A DNA stretch of 61,482 nt, counting the filler. It is 7 parts of 7 records of this genome, joined end to end, with 100 filler letters (N's around TTAATTAATTAA, not from the genome) between each part and the next. Parts side by side here need not be neighbours in the genome. Positions count along the whole stretch, not along the records: positions 1 to 12,356 come from SRR31147125_69091; 6 more parts are not named here. The stretch is one strand, 5' to 3'. The position numbers were made by a program, and so were the translations under genes. This document shows positions 1 through 10,289 of this stretch, piece by piece (position 1 is the stretch's first letter; each line of letters begins with the position of its first letter). The notes under the pieces were generated by a model. The model searched no databases and had not been told where the DNA came from. It saw nothing but the letters and a program-made list of their open reading frames with translations.

Positions 1-36
1 AACAGCCACCCGCTCTGCCGATTGAGCTACACCGGA
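1..36 (-). tRNA. tRNA-Asn(GTT), 5' half only (cut by window edge at the anticodon)
   Basis: Reverse complement TCCGGTGTAGCTCAATCGGCAGAGCGGGTGGCTGTT gives acceptor 5' strand, D-arm (AGCTCAA..GG.AGAGC) and anticodon arm ending in GTT. Confidence 0.85.
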
Positions 37-74
37 TTATTTTTTCTTGAACACTATCTGTTTTCAAGTCAGAT

Positions 75-103
75 AATATAAGAATTGTTTTCAAAAATGT
101 CAA
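75..103 (-). promoter_or_regulatory. sigma70 promoter for tRNA-Asn
   Basis: Minus strand TTGACA (103-98), 17-nt spacer, TATATT (80-75). Confidence 0.65.
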
Positions 104-147
104 GATTTTGTTTTATTTCAATTATTTTTTTAAAAAATAATTGAACT

Positions 148-1401
148 TCACCTATTTGCAAACGTGTTAGCCCTGTTCCAATATAGTCGACCCAGCAATG
201 TATTACCTTTCCACTTTTCACTGGGTAGTGTCTCTCCAACCGTAACCCATGATTCATTTTCAGAGGCATTAACCACATGGAAATTTCCCATTCGAGCCAC
301 ATGATCCGGATCATCAACGCCATCTCCGATAAGCGGAAAAACAACTTTTTCACTATTTCGGATTAAACATAACCTGTCCGTATCCACCTGAGCTACAAAA
401 AGTGGTGAACGCCATCTCATGACATTTACATTATTATCAGCTTTGCGAGTATAAACAAGAAACAGACCATGACTGTGAATGAGCCAGCGTTGTTGCGTGG
501 TCGACATGGTCAGGGGTTCGCCATTTTCCCAACACCATGGTCGCTGCTTTTCCCAAAAAAGACCGTCGTCAGATGTAGTGACATATCCATGGCCATCTTC
601 AGCGCGAATCGTCATAAAAAATCGTTTTTTATAACGGGCAAGTGTGGGTTCCAACAAACCACGCTTTACTGCTAATTCAAGCTCATTACCCGATTGCAAA
701 ATTTTTAACTCTTTCCCATCATACGAGCATAAAACCGTGCACACTTTTCTGTCCTTGCGCTCTTTTGCACCAAACGAAAGAGGCAAAAGAATACGGCCAT
801 CTTTTAATGTTATTCGCTGCGCGCATCCGCATGTGTAAATACCTGTTGTCTCCGGATGATTCCATTCCAGTTTCTTTCGACCCGACCAGTTTCCAGCTGC
901 ATTACGAGTAACATAGACAGGATAGCGACTTTGATAAGCCCTGGCCAGCTTCCTGTCCCTATAATAAACATTGTGACCGATCGCTAAAACAGTCTTTGTT
1001 TGCGGGTGATAGTCCGGCACAACATCACAAGTGCCTTCCTCAATACCGTCCGGTCGTGTCTCCCAGGCAAGAGACGTAATAGGTTCCGGATTGGTCCATG
1101 TGTGCCCGTTATCCGAAGACGATGACCAGTGCACCTGGCTAAACACATCAGATCCGGTGATATCCTGGCACGTCATCAAGACAACAGGATTCGGCTCTGC
1201 AGGAATCATACAAGTCCGGGGATGAAACCAGGTCTTACCTTTGGTCCTGCCTGGCCATATTATAGAGTTTTCAATTTTGGCAATTATTGCGTTTTCTGAA
1301 TGTCCGGTACAACCGACAATATTTAAACAACCAGCAGAGGTTAAGGTAGCGATCAGTGTTGTCCTTAAAAAATCACGTCTGTTCAATTGATGGGGTTTCA
1401 T
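148..1401 (-). CDS. Tat-exported BNR/Asp-box sialidase-family (exo-alpha-sialidase-like) lipoprotein
   Basis: RRDFL twin-arginine motif, lipobox-like IVGC, Asp-boxes SSDNGHTW and TSDDGLFW. Confidence 0.75.
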   Translation of the reverse strand: MKPHQLNRRDFLRTTLIATLTSAGCLNIVGCTGHSENAIIAKIENSIIWPGRTKGKTWFHPRTCMIPAEPNPVVLMTCQDITGSDVFSQVHWSSSSDNGHTWTNPEPITSLAWETRPDGIEEGTCDVVPDYHPQTKTVLAIGHNVYYRDRKLARAYQSRYPVYVTRNAAGNWSGRKKLEWNHPETTGIYTCGCAQRITLKDGRILLPLSFGAKERKDRKVCTVLCSYDGKELKILQSGNELELAVKRGLLEPTLARYKKRFFMTIRAEDGHGYVTTSDDGLFWEKQRPWCWENGEPLTMSTTQQRWLIHSHGLFLVYTRKADNNVNVMRWRSPLFVAQVDTDRLCLIRNSEKVVFPLIGDGVDDPDHVARMGNFHVVNASENESWVTVGETLPSEKWKGNTLLGRLYWNRANTFANR

Positions 1402-1732
1402 CTTTTATCCTGAATAATCATTATTGATTCGTAAATTGTGAAGGCACAACATTTCTTCTACTACAACTGGCATTAAAACAGCTGCAATGAAATTATTAAA
1501 GAAATATATAATATTTTTGGTTTTATAAAAGGAATTGCTTTAAAGGTGATAAAAAATATCCCAAAAACATAATATCAAGACATTCAGTTAACTATAAATT
1601 TTTAGAAGATAAAATATTGATTGAATTGAATCCCAGTTTTTATATATTACTAATAATAATTTTGTGTTTATATCGGGATTTTTGCAAAACTGCAATAACA
1701 TAAAATTCATTGACAGCACTATACTCACAGAT

Positions 1733-2172
1733 ATGGAACCAAAATAGTGGGTCTTCTAAAACAAGTCTCAAAAAACTGAAATCACATTTATGGCAATCAG
1801 CCATTATGTTTAATGGTAGTATTGATTCGGCTGATTTTAAGACCTATATTTGCGGATTCTAGTTTTGCAAATGACTGAGTGGTGTTTATGACAAAGAATA
1901 TACTCAACTTGATAAAAAGATGGAACTGAATTGGTCAAAAACCGGATTTGTACACCCGATTTTTGCAACCAGAGGGGTGTGCTTATCCAGATATTTTGAA
2001 AATATCTACAAAAAGTGGCGCCAAGTTAAAAATCAGCCGTTATGTGGATAAAGCCGAACCGGAAGAACCGGTGGATATTCCCTGGGTGTTAATATTTTTA
2101 CAATCTTTGAAAAAAGAACGAAAAAATATTGACAATAAATTGCCAATACCCTTAAAAGATTACAATTTTTAA
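1733..2172 (+). pseudogene. hsdM: Type I restriction-modification M subunit relic (N- and C-termini joined, catalytic core deleted)
   Basis: LKSHLWQSAIMFNGSIDSADFKTYICGF*FCK*LSGVYDKEY (stops at 1860 and 1872) matches the HsdM N-terminus. After a frameshift, RFLQPEGCAYPDILK..GAKL runs straight into ISRYVDKAEPEEPVDI..LKKERKNIDNKL, the HsdM C-terminus. Confidence 0.75.
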
Positions 2173-2199
2173 ATATTCTTACACCGATTAGGCAATATA

Positions 2200-2255
2200 T
2201 AAATTTACCTTTCAGGTAAATTTAATGTTGACTTTAATTGAATAATTATTAAATT
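2200..2255 (+). promoter_or_regulatory. Palindromic operator plus probable sigma70 promoter of the higBA operon
   Basis: Perfect 11-bp inverted repeat TAAATTTACCT-TTC-AGGTAAATTTA (2200-2224), then TTGACT (2228-2233) and TAAATT (2250-2255). Confidence 0.6.
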
Positions 2256-2274
2256 ATTTTCATGGGGAGGCTCA

Positions 2275-2583
2275 GTGAATTTTACATTCTCTGACAAAAA
2301 TTTAAAAGAACTTTATGAAAAAGGAAAAAACAAAAAGTATAAACTTGACGCTGCGGTGATCAAGAAATTTATCCTTAGAGTTACTACTATTGAGAATGCT
2401 GTCTCTATTTTTGACCTTCGCCAACCCCCTTCCATGCATTTTGAGAAACTAAGAGGATTCGAGAATCGATTCTCTATTCGTATTGACAAAACGTATCGCC
2501 TCGAATTTGAAATCGATTTTACCAACACTGAAAAAACAACAGGCACAGTGATCATTTGTTCAATTTCCAAACATTATCAATAA
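2275..2583 (+). CDS. higB: HigB/RelE-family toxin (plasmid maintenance killer type)
   Basis: 102 aa; DLRQPPSMHFEKLRG..FSIRIDKTYRLEF signature; GGGGAGG RBS; toxin-first gene order. Confidence 0.85.
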   Translation: MNFTFSDKNLKELYEKGKNKKYKLDAAVIKKFILRVTTIENAVSIFDLRQPPSMHFEKLRGFENRFSIRIDKTYRLEFEIDFTNTEKTTGTVIICSISKHYQ

Positions 2584-2593
2584 GGGGCAAAAT

Positions 2594-3732
2594 ATGGATA
2601 ATAAATACAAACCATTTTTAAATATTGGCCCTGGTGATTTAATTCGGGATGAACTGGAATATTACGGATGGACGCAAAAAGACCTAGCCGATATTTTAGA
2701 CGTCACAGAGAAACATGTCAGTAAACTGCTGAAAAACGAGTCATCAATTACTCTTGAGATGTCCAGACGTCTCAGCAAGACATTTAAACAGTCGCCGCAA
2801 TTCTGGATGAATGCGGATGCCAATTACCGGTTGCGCCTGGATGAAGAAACAGAAGCTGAAAAAATAATTGCAGAAAAATCCTTTATCTATCAATATATGC
2901 CGTATAACGAGATGGTAAAAAAGGGCTGGCTAAAAAAACCAATAACTTTGCAGAGCTTAAAGAACATGTTCTGAATTTTTGGCAGATATCTGATCTAAAT
3001 TTTGATTTTTTAAGTAATATTGAAGCACCATGCTTTCGCAAATCTTCTGCATTTCAAAAATTTAATGCCCATGCCGCAGCAGCGTGGTTTCAAAAAGTTA
3101 AAAACAGCGCCAATCCGACATCAACTCCTCCTTTTAACAAATCAGCCTTACAACAATTAGCCGGGAATTTAAGTTCCTTTACCACCAGACAAAAAGGAGT
3201 ACAGGAGTTTCTCTCAGAATTACAAATGTGCGGTGTGACATTTTTAGTCCTCTCGCACCTAACAAAAACATATATTGATGGCGCATCATTTTGGCAAAAA
3301 TCACATCCGGTTATTGTCTACACCATTCGATATAATAAAATCGACAACTTTTGGTTCACTATGGCACATGAGCTGGGTCATACTCTCCTGCATGATGGAG
3401 ATAAAAAATCGGTTTTCATCGACTGTCTTGACAACATCAATTCCAAAGATCCTAAAGAAAGACAAGCCGATGAATTTGCGCAACAGAATTTATGTACGGA
3501 CCGGGCTATTGAGTTTTTCAAAGGTTACCAGCGCATTCCGGAATATAGAATAAGGGAATACGCAGAGGTATACAAAATCCATCCTGCAGTAATTGTGGGT
3601 GCCTTGCAGCACAAAAAGTTACTGCCCCATAATAGATTAAATGAGGTGATGGAAAAAGTAGCCCACCGTATACCAAAACACAATTATGTCGAAGCTGAAT
3701 TTTATAAAATCCGTTCTCAGGAAGCGGATTGA
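2594..3732 (+). CDS. higA: HigA-type HTH antitoxin fused to an ImmA/IrrE Zn-metallopeptidase domain (split by 1-bp deletion in A7 run ~2932-2938)
   Basis: PGDLIRDEL..WTQKDLA..SPQFWMN HigA HTH; FWFTMAHELGH HExxH. Adding one A joins ORFs 2594 and 3226 into ~379 aa with no intervening stop. Confidence 0.8.
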
Positions 3733-4136
3733 GAGCTATTATATTAATAAAATTTTCATATAATTACTTGATAACATTCTAATTATAAATTAAAAGCTGT
3801 TTAAAAAATGGTACTTGAAAAGCAGGAAAATTATTTTAATATCAAAACAATAATAAAATGCAATTGAAGGACACCTAACAAAAACATATGCTGACAACTG
3901 CATATATTTACTAGGCAAATATTTTAAACTAAGGGAAAAAATACGAGAGGGATATACACAACTTGTTCTAAAAAAAACACGGAAAACTTGAATATTGAGC
4001 AAGATGATTATATATAAGTTAATTTAGCGAACGAATATTTACAAATTATAATTTTGAATGAAATAGATAATTTGTACTGGATTTACAAAAGACAAAATCT
4101 TAAGATAAATATTAAATTATTAAAAAGATTTATTCC

Positions 4137-5240
4137 ATGCCCCCCACCCTACAAAATAAAATCAACCAACACCATAACTTTTGGCAGGGAAAAGGCCCAT
4201 GTCTCATCTTCATTCCGACTCCGGAATTAGGGACACTGGATCCGGCAACAGAAGCGCTTTTCAAATACGATACGGATAATTATAAAGAGCGGTTTTATTC
4301 TCCGCAAAAGATGTGGGAGGCAGAAATACGTCGGGCTCGCCAGGTGCTGGATTGGCCAACAGACGGCATACCAACCATACGCCCGAACCTGGGCACCATT
4401 TTTATTCCAGCCATGGCAGGACAGAAATTTCAGATATTGGAAAATCAGATGCCGGTGGCGTGTGACACCCTCTCCCTGGATACAATACGTCATATAGATA
4501 TGGATGTTATTTTAAACTCGGACATGATGAAACGTGCCGAAGAATTTTATCTTTTTCACGCCAAAGAAGGAGACGAGGAGATTGTCCCCTATCTTCCTGA
4601 TACCCAGGGTATCTTTGACCTGACGCACCTCATGTATGGCAATGACATATTTATGGACATGGTTTTGGAAGAGAGCATCCCACATGTAAAATCCATCATG
4701 ACGGTCTGTTCTGACTTGTTCGTCAACGTATCTTTTCACCTGAAATCTGTTTTAAAGGAAAAAAACACAAGCATGATTCACGGCCACGGTACGCCGCAGG
4801 GTCTGTATTTTCCGACCGCTGGAGTACGAATGTCTGAGGATTCGGCCACCATGATTTCCCCACAGATGATTGATGAATTTGTCATTCCGCATATCATCAA
4901 AGCGTCTGAACCGTTTGGTGGTGTATTTTTCCACTTTTGTGGTAAACATGATCAGCTCTTTGAAAAAGTATGTCAACTGGACTGTGTTAAAGCGATCGAT
5001 TTGGGCAATCCCGGGGACTATGATCTGGAAAAGTTATTTAAAATATGCGCGGACACGGGAACAGTTTTTTATAGTCGCGTGGCTCCCGAATTAAATGAGG
5101 ACTGGGAATCCTATATTAAACGTATTGCTTTAGTGCAGAATAAAACAGGAGCACGTTGTGTGCTGAGAACGCTGATTCACCCCCATAACAGGAAAAAATG
5201 TGCCGACATGCGGGAACTCTGGCACAACCTCACGATGTAA
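4137..5240 (+). CDS. Uroporphyrinogen decarboxylase (URO-D/CIMS)-family protein
   Basis: PDTQGIFDL, SEDSATMISPQMIDEFVIP and HFCG motifs typical of the URO-D/MtaA-like family. Confidence 0.7.
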   Translation: MPPTLQNKINQHHNFWQGKGPCLIFIPTPELGTLDPATEALFKYDTDNYKERFYSPQKMWEAEIRRARQVLDWPTDGIPTIRPNLGTIFIPAMAGQKFQILENQMPVACDTLSLDTIRHIDMDVILNSDMMKRAEEFYLFHAKEGDEEIVPYLPDTQGIFDLTHLMYGNDIFMDMVLEESIPHVKSIMTVCSDLFVNVSFHLKSVLKEKNTSMIHGHGTPQGLYFPTAGVRMSEDSATMISPQMIDEFVIPHIIKASEPFGGVFFHFCGKHDQLFEKVCQLDCVKAIDLGNPGDYDLEKLFKICADTGTVFYSRVAPELNEDWESYIKRIALVQNKTGARCVLRTLIHPHNRKKCADMRELWHNLTM

Positions 5241-5437
5241 TTAAATTCGTGTGTAACAGATCAGAGGCCTGTTTTTATCCTGGTTAGCTGTAATCTACAT
5301 CTGGGAACATTTAGCGATTATAGACAATTAAATCAAATAATTTACACTTTTTTCATGTTACCAATAGTGAAAAAAAATCGATACATCCATTTCTAATAGA
5401 TACTAAACAAAATCCTATTAATTCCAAGGAGGAATAC

Positions 5438-5842
5438 ATGAAAAACGTATTGTTATCTGCTCTATTTTTGTTTCTTATTACCGCATCCGGTTTTGCAAAA
5501 CAACCTACCTTAAAAAAAGCGGAAATTGAACCGTCTGTTGCTTCTGTTGGAGATACGGTTAATGTTGCTATTGAATTTTCCGGTTCAAAGGACGATTTGA
5601 GAGAAGTTTACTTTTTACCGCGTGACTATGCCGATGAGGCACCCCGTTACTACCTGATAGCTGACAAAAAATCTAAAAAAAATATCTGGCACTTAAAAGG
5701 ACCCATCCCGTATGACGCACCATCGGGTTTAATTAACCTGGAAGTCACAGCCATAGACAAGGATGGCAAAGAAATTGTTACAAAAGAATTCAAAAATCAG
5801 ATGTATGGCAAGGCAGGGCTGATCAAATTACAAATAAACTAA
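5438..5842 (+). CDS. Secreted hypothetical protein (probable Ig-like beta-sandwich)
   Basis: AAGGAGG RBS, signal peptide ending GFA, beta-rich mature region. Confidence 0.7.
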   Translation: MKNVLLSALFLFLITASGFAKQPTLKKAEIEPSVASVGDTVNVAIEFSGSKDDLREVYFLPRDYADEAPRYYLIADKKSKKNIWHLKGPIPYDAPSGLINLEVTAIDKDGKEIVTKEFKNQMYGKAGLIKLQIN

Positions 5843-5883
5843 AAAAAGGGACTCTACTTAAATTGTAGAGTCCCTTTTTTTTT
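5841..5883. terminator. Bidirectional rho-independent terminator
   Basis: A7-GGGACTCTAC-7nt-GTAGAGTCCC-T9 between convergent genes. Confidence 0.9.
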
Positions 5884-5923
5884 GAATAATAAATACAATC
5901 TGGTTACTCTAACAAAATCAGGT

Positions 5924-6871
5924 TCAGACACCATCACCAATATATAAAAACCGCTCCATCAAATTCACAAATCGGCTCCAGTTGCTTCCTGTGTCATCAT
6001 CACGTAAAACTATACGCTCAAAAGCATTCATTTTGGAATCTATTTCATCAGCAAAATAAAGGATAAAAGCCTCTCTCGTCATAGGCACAACCGGAGAACC
6101 CTGTTCGCGTAATCCCTGATGCGCAAGAATGAGATGCAACACCTGGTCAGCCAGCGGTTTAGGGAAATCCTTTATCTTTTCAATCCTGGCACAGACTTTA
6201 TGGTAACCAATAGCAATATGACCATGCAACCGTCCCTGATCAGAAAATTCAATACATCCTGCGGTGGTATATTCCCACATTTTGCCAATATCATGAAGTA
6301 ATGCTCCTGTTAGTAGCAAATCCCGGTTTAAAACCGGATATATATCTGCGATTTTCATGGAAAGCTGTGCTACAAATAAGGTGTGCTCAGCCAGGCCGTT
6401 TACATAACAATGGTGCCACAACTTACCACCCGGTGCCAGACAAAATTGCGATAAAAACGACGTATCTGCAAAAAAAGATTTCAACAGTCTGGCCAGCGAA
6501 TCATTTTTGACATTATTGACCAACTCAACAAGCTCTTGCTTGACCTGTTGTACATTTGCCTCGCTCCTGGGAAGGAATTTATCTAAATCGATTTTGTCCT
6601 TTGCCTCTGCCAGGCGAATGCGAGTGATGGATAAATGCAATCGCCCTTTCCAGGTAATGACACTGGCTCTGACTTTAACCACTACGCCAACGTCTATTTT
6701 TTCACACCACTTTTCCGCATGGTTCCAAAATGAACCGAAAATTCGTCCTGTCGGATCTGTTAATTCCAGGGACAGATACAAATCTTCTGAATCCCGCCTT
6801 GTTCGCAACTCCTTTTTACGAACAAGAAAAAAATCTGTCACTTTCATTCCGGGCCTGTATTCATTTATCAC
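5924..6871 (-). CDS. yhaM: 3'-5' exoribonuclease YhaM family (OB-fold plus HD domain)
   Basis: N-terminal OB (YLSLELTDPTGRI), HH..GLAEH, LLHDIGK, HLILAHQG..GSPVVP, ADEIDSK. Confidence 0.85.
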   Translation of the reverse strand: MINEYRPGMKVTDFFLVRKKELRTRRDSEDLYLSLELTDPTGRIFGSFWNHAEKWCEKIDVGVVVKVRASVITWKGRLHLSITRIRLAEAKDKIDLDKFLPRSEANVQQVKQELVELVNNVKNDSLARLLKSFFADTSFLSQFCLAPGGKLWHHCYVNGLAEHTLFVAQLSMKIADIYPVLNRDLLLTGALLHDIGKMWEYTTAGCIEFSDQGRLHGHIAIGYHKVCARIEKIKDFPKPLADQVLHLILAHQGLREQGSPVVPMTREAFILYFADEIDSKMNAFERIVLRDDDTGSNWSRFVNLMERFLYIGDGV

Positions 6872-7254
6872 TGGCCACCCCCTTTATCATGATGAATAGA
6901 AAATGAATTGCTATGTTATGTTGGAATAATGTCTCTTTTATAAGTATTAGAAAATTGATTAAATAAATTATCTACCCTGCAAACTGTCACCCTTACCATA
7001 AAAATCAGGTACTCAAGACTCCCCTGCCCATGAGGGATTTAGGGGATTTTTACACAGTAAACCTGAAAAACGAAACTAACCTGAATTCGTAATCACAATC
7101 AAACACAAAACCCACCTTGTGGAATCTCAACATGAGTAATTCTCTCCCCTGTAATTATAACTTTACCAATCAGGTATAGCTATGGTACATATAGTAACCA
7201 GGTAAAAGTTCAACAATTAATTCATTAATAAGATTATTTCTTTACAGGTTGAAA

Positions 7255-9660
7255 CTATTCGGTCTGGTTGGTAGAAGGTTGGAGTTGAAGAAGATCCCAG
7301 AAATCTTTTGAATTTTCAATATCCAGAGATAACCTGACAAGTTCCCCTTTTTGCCACAGTTTTGTTTGATCCTTATAGTTCGTGCTCAAAGGATGTCCTG
7401 ACTGGCCAGTTGTTAAAACAACGTAATAATCGGTTTCATTTTCCAAATCGACAATTTGCCGCATACATGGCCCCATAAACGACTTGAAAGAAGTTGGGCA
7501 AAAAGTGCCATTTTTGTTTATTGTTTTATCGCCACCCTGAGCCATTATTTTGCCAACATTAAAAAACCAGCCAAGACCTGAAACAGTGCCCAGGGGATGC
7601 GGTAATGCCAGTTCCTCGCGTTGCACCCATTGCCACCTTTTGGCTTTTTTAGAATCATTTTTGAAAAGAGAGTTTATCGTTACCTCAAAACTCTTTTTCA
7701 CAATATCTGAAAGAGTTTCCCGATAATCAGGTGTATTCTGATCATCAAACCATGTGGATTCCCCTGCAACAAGAAGTCGATCTAAAAGGTCTCTTTTTAC
7801 ATGAAACAAACGGCAAAAAACTTCATAGGAAGGTCCAAATTCATCGGCAAATGTGTGCTTTATAATATTAATATAAAAGAGTTCAAAAAGAGAGGCCGCA
7901 AGACTCCATTCTGTCTCTTTGTAATCCCAGGCTTTCAAGAGTTGAATCCCATCGTTTTCAGGAGAATTATTCTCGTAACCAAAAGCCTGTAAATACGGCA
8001 AAAGCACAGGCAGTATTGTGGCCGCATGAGCAGAATAAACGTCCACCTGGATACTGGACAGACTATCCACGGTCGCCTTATTCAATTGATTTAAGAGAGC
8101 AGCAATTCTATCATAACGATATGATGGTTCCCAATAACCGGACAGGTAACGCTTTTGATCCTGAATTCTGTTATTTGCTGATATGAGCTGCTGTGATTTT
8201 GGATTATAATTTCGCGGCAACTGTGTATATGGGACATAGCTCTTCCAATCATTCTGCCGGGATTGTCCTTCTAGCGGGAACAACCCTGTTTTCCCATTTC
8301 GAACAGGTACAGCCGCTGCCAACAAAGAACCCATATTTCCTTTCACATCCGCATAATGAAACATCTGCCCCGGAGTCTTAAACGTCGACAATGCATCCGT
8401 AAATTGATCCCAATTTTGAGAGTGAATAAGGTTGTGAAACGCACTGAATTCATCGCTCGCTTCAAAACCTGTCCAACGCACGGCTATAGGAGAAAAAGAT
8501 ATTTCAGGACTGGAAAAAAGCGGGTTAATAACCGGTCCATGCACACTTGCTTTTATCGTGAGCTTGTAGGGATCTTGACCCCGTATGGGTATGAGTTCTT
8601 CTCTTATATTAAAAGGTATGTTCTTCCCACGATACTGGTAACGTGTCGAATCCTCTGTATCAATACTTTCAACAAAAAAATCAACATCATCAATCATGGC
8701 ATTTGTGCTTCCCCAGGCTACTGAATTATTTCGCCCGCTCATAATAGCAGGAATACCCGGAATACATGTACCTACAACGTTAAGTTGCGGCGCTCGCCAG
8801 TGCATTATGTAGAACAGACTCGGAGTGGAAAAGTGCATATGTACATCGTTTGCCAAAAGAGGCAGACCAGACCTGGTAGACGATCCGGAAACAGTCCAGC
8901 AATGACTTCCCAAACCCGCAACTCCGGGAAAGAATGTTGGGTAACTCAAATCAGGTGGAGAAGGCGTTAAAAATCCATTGTAATCCTTTTTTACCAGCGA
9001 AAAAAACTGAGTTGAAAAATCATTCGGAGTTAACATTAAATCCCGGATGGCATCCGGACTAAATTTTGTCAACAGATCACCATAAAACAAATCAGTATGC
9101 CACCCCATGCTGGAAAGCCAGGCAAATAAGCGGATAATAGCTAAACTGTCTTCATTTTTCCATGGTTTGGGCTTGTATCTCAGGACAGTAAATTCAGGTT
9201 GAAGTCGTTTGGAGTGCTGTTGAATAAATGCATTAATCCCCTGAGTATAGGCGCTCAAAAAATCCTGCTGAGGAGCGGGCATGTCTTTAATTAATTTTTC
9301 AGAAATAAAACGGAAACCAATAGTACGAGCCATTTTATCAAACGGCAGAGATTTTTCACCAAAAATCTCCGCTAATTCACCTCTGGCAGCTCTCCGTATC
9401 ATATCCATTTGCCAGAGACGATCCTGCGCGCTGACAAATCCGACCGCCAGGTATAAATCAATTTCGTTTTGAGCCTCAATATGAGGTATACCCCAATCAT
9501 CGCGCCATACATTAACGGATTTGTTTAGAGAAGAAATTGTGAATTGGCCTTCTTTTTTCGGTAGAGATCTTTGAATGGATGTATAGCCTACAAGAAGAAA
9601 TAACCCCAAAACGACAATAAAACTAAAAACAGCTGACAGAATAAGCCTTATCCAGCTCAT
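7255..9660 (-). CDS. Penicillin acylase / AHL-acylase family Ntn hydrolase, N-terminally membrane anchored
   Basis: RDDWGIPHI, AQDRLWQMD, beta-chain start GSHCW, HGPV, SANN, TGQSGHP. Confidence 0.85.
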   Translation of the reverse strand: MSWIRLILSAVFSFIVVLGLFLLVGYTSIQRSLPKKEGQFTISSLNKSVNVWRDDWGIPHIEAQNEIDLYLAVGFVSAQDRLWQMDMIRRAARGELAEIFGEKSLPFDKMARTIGFRFISEKLIKDMPAPQQDFLSAYTQGINAFIQQHSKRLQPEFTVLRYKPKPWKNEDSLAIIRLFAWLSSMGWHTDLFYGDLLTKFSPDAIRDLMLTPNDFSTQFFSLVKKDYNGFLTPSPPDLSYPTFFPGVAGLGSHCWTVSGSSTRSGLPLLANDVHMHFSTPSLFYIMHWRAPQLNVVGTCIPGIPAIMSGRNNSVAWGSTNAMIDDVDFFVESIDTEDSTRYQYRGKNIPFNIREELIPIRGQDPYKLTIKASVHGPVINPLFSSPEISFSPIAVRWTGFEASDEFSAFHNLIHSQNWDQFTDALSTFKTPGQMFHYADVKGNMGSLLAAAVPVRNGKTGLFPLEGQSRQNDWKSYVPYTQLPRNYNPKSQQLISANNRIQDQKRYLSGYWEPSYRYDRIAALLNQLNKATVDSLSSIQVDVYSAHAATILPVLLPYLQAFGYENNSPENDGIQLLKAWDYKETEWSLAASLFELFYINIIKHTFADEFGPSYEVFCRLFHVKRDLLDRLLVAGESTWFDDQNTPDYRETLSDIVKKSFEVTINSLFKNDSKKAKRWQWVQREELALPHPLGTVSGLGWFFNVGKIMAQGGDKTINKNGTFCPTSFKSFMGPCMRQIVDLENETDYYVVLTTGQSGHPLSTNYKDQTKLWQKGELVRLSLDIENSKDFWDLLQLQPSTNQTE

Positions 9661-9725
9661 TTATAAACACTCTGTTAACATTCTTTATCTCAATTAAGCC
9701 ATGAAATATTCACATACCATTTTTT

Positions 9726-10244
9726 TTATTTTGTTTTACGTTTTCGTGATCCTGAGGAACCAGAATTCTCACTTGTCGCCTGTTTTCTCCGGTCAAATGT
9801 TCTCCGATTATCTGTTGGTTCAGAGTTTGCTTCAGAGGATTGATCAACTGATTGTTTTGACAGTCTATTTGCTTCAGAATCCGGGTTAACAATCTGGGTC
9901 CGGGGTCCGATATTTTGTGGAGTTGGAGTGGGATATCGACGATCCGAATTATGTATTTCACTCGGGGGCAAACCATATTGTATCGCACCGACATAATCTT
10001 CATGGCCCCACCATGGAGTATAACCAAAATTACCGGAAGGGTATACTCTTTTACCAATAAGGTCAACAGAGCTGTTTTGAGAGTGACATTCCATGCAATT
10101 ATCACCGTAATGCATGGCTTGTCCGTCAATAGTATAAGATTCATTTTCAACGCTTGGATGATGAAATTCTGTATAACAAGCGATAAAATTTATAAAAAAA
10201 ACAACAATAACTAAAAAACCAATCCACTTTTTCATTTTTCTCAA
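9726..10244 (-). CDS. Hypothetical lipoprotein with single CxxCH motif and disordered basic tail
   Basis: Signal peptide with FIAC lipobox; CMECH; S/R-rich C-terminus. Confidence 0.6.
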   Translation of the reverse strand: MRKMKKWIGFLVIVVFFINFIACYTEFHHPSVENESYTIDGQAMHYGDNCMECHSQNSSVDLIGKRVYPSGNFGYTPWWGHEDYVGAIQYGLPPSEIHNSDRRYPTPTPQNIGPRTQIVNPDSEANRLSKQSVDQSSEANSEPTDNRRTFDRRKQATSENSGSSGSRKRKTK

Positions 10245-10289
10245 CCTGACCAGATAGTACTGACTATATGATTATTTATAAAAAAAGAG

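Noticed and set aside
6900-7250. Possible ncRNA or 27-aa ORF in the acylase-yhaM intergenic region
   Set aside because: Only weak hairpins and a short minus-strand ORF; no recognisable family
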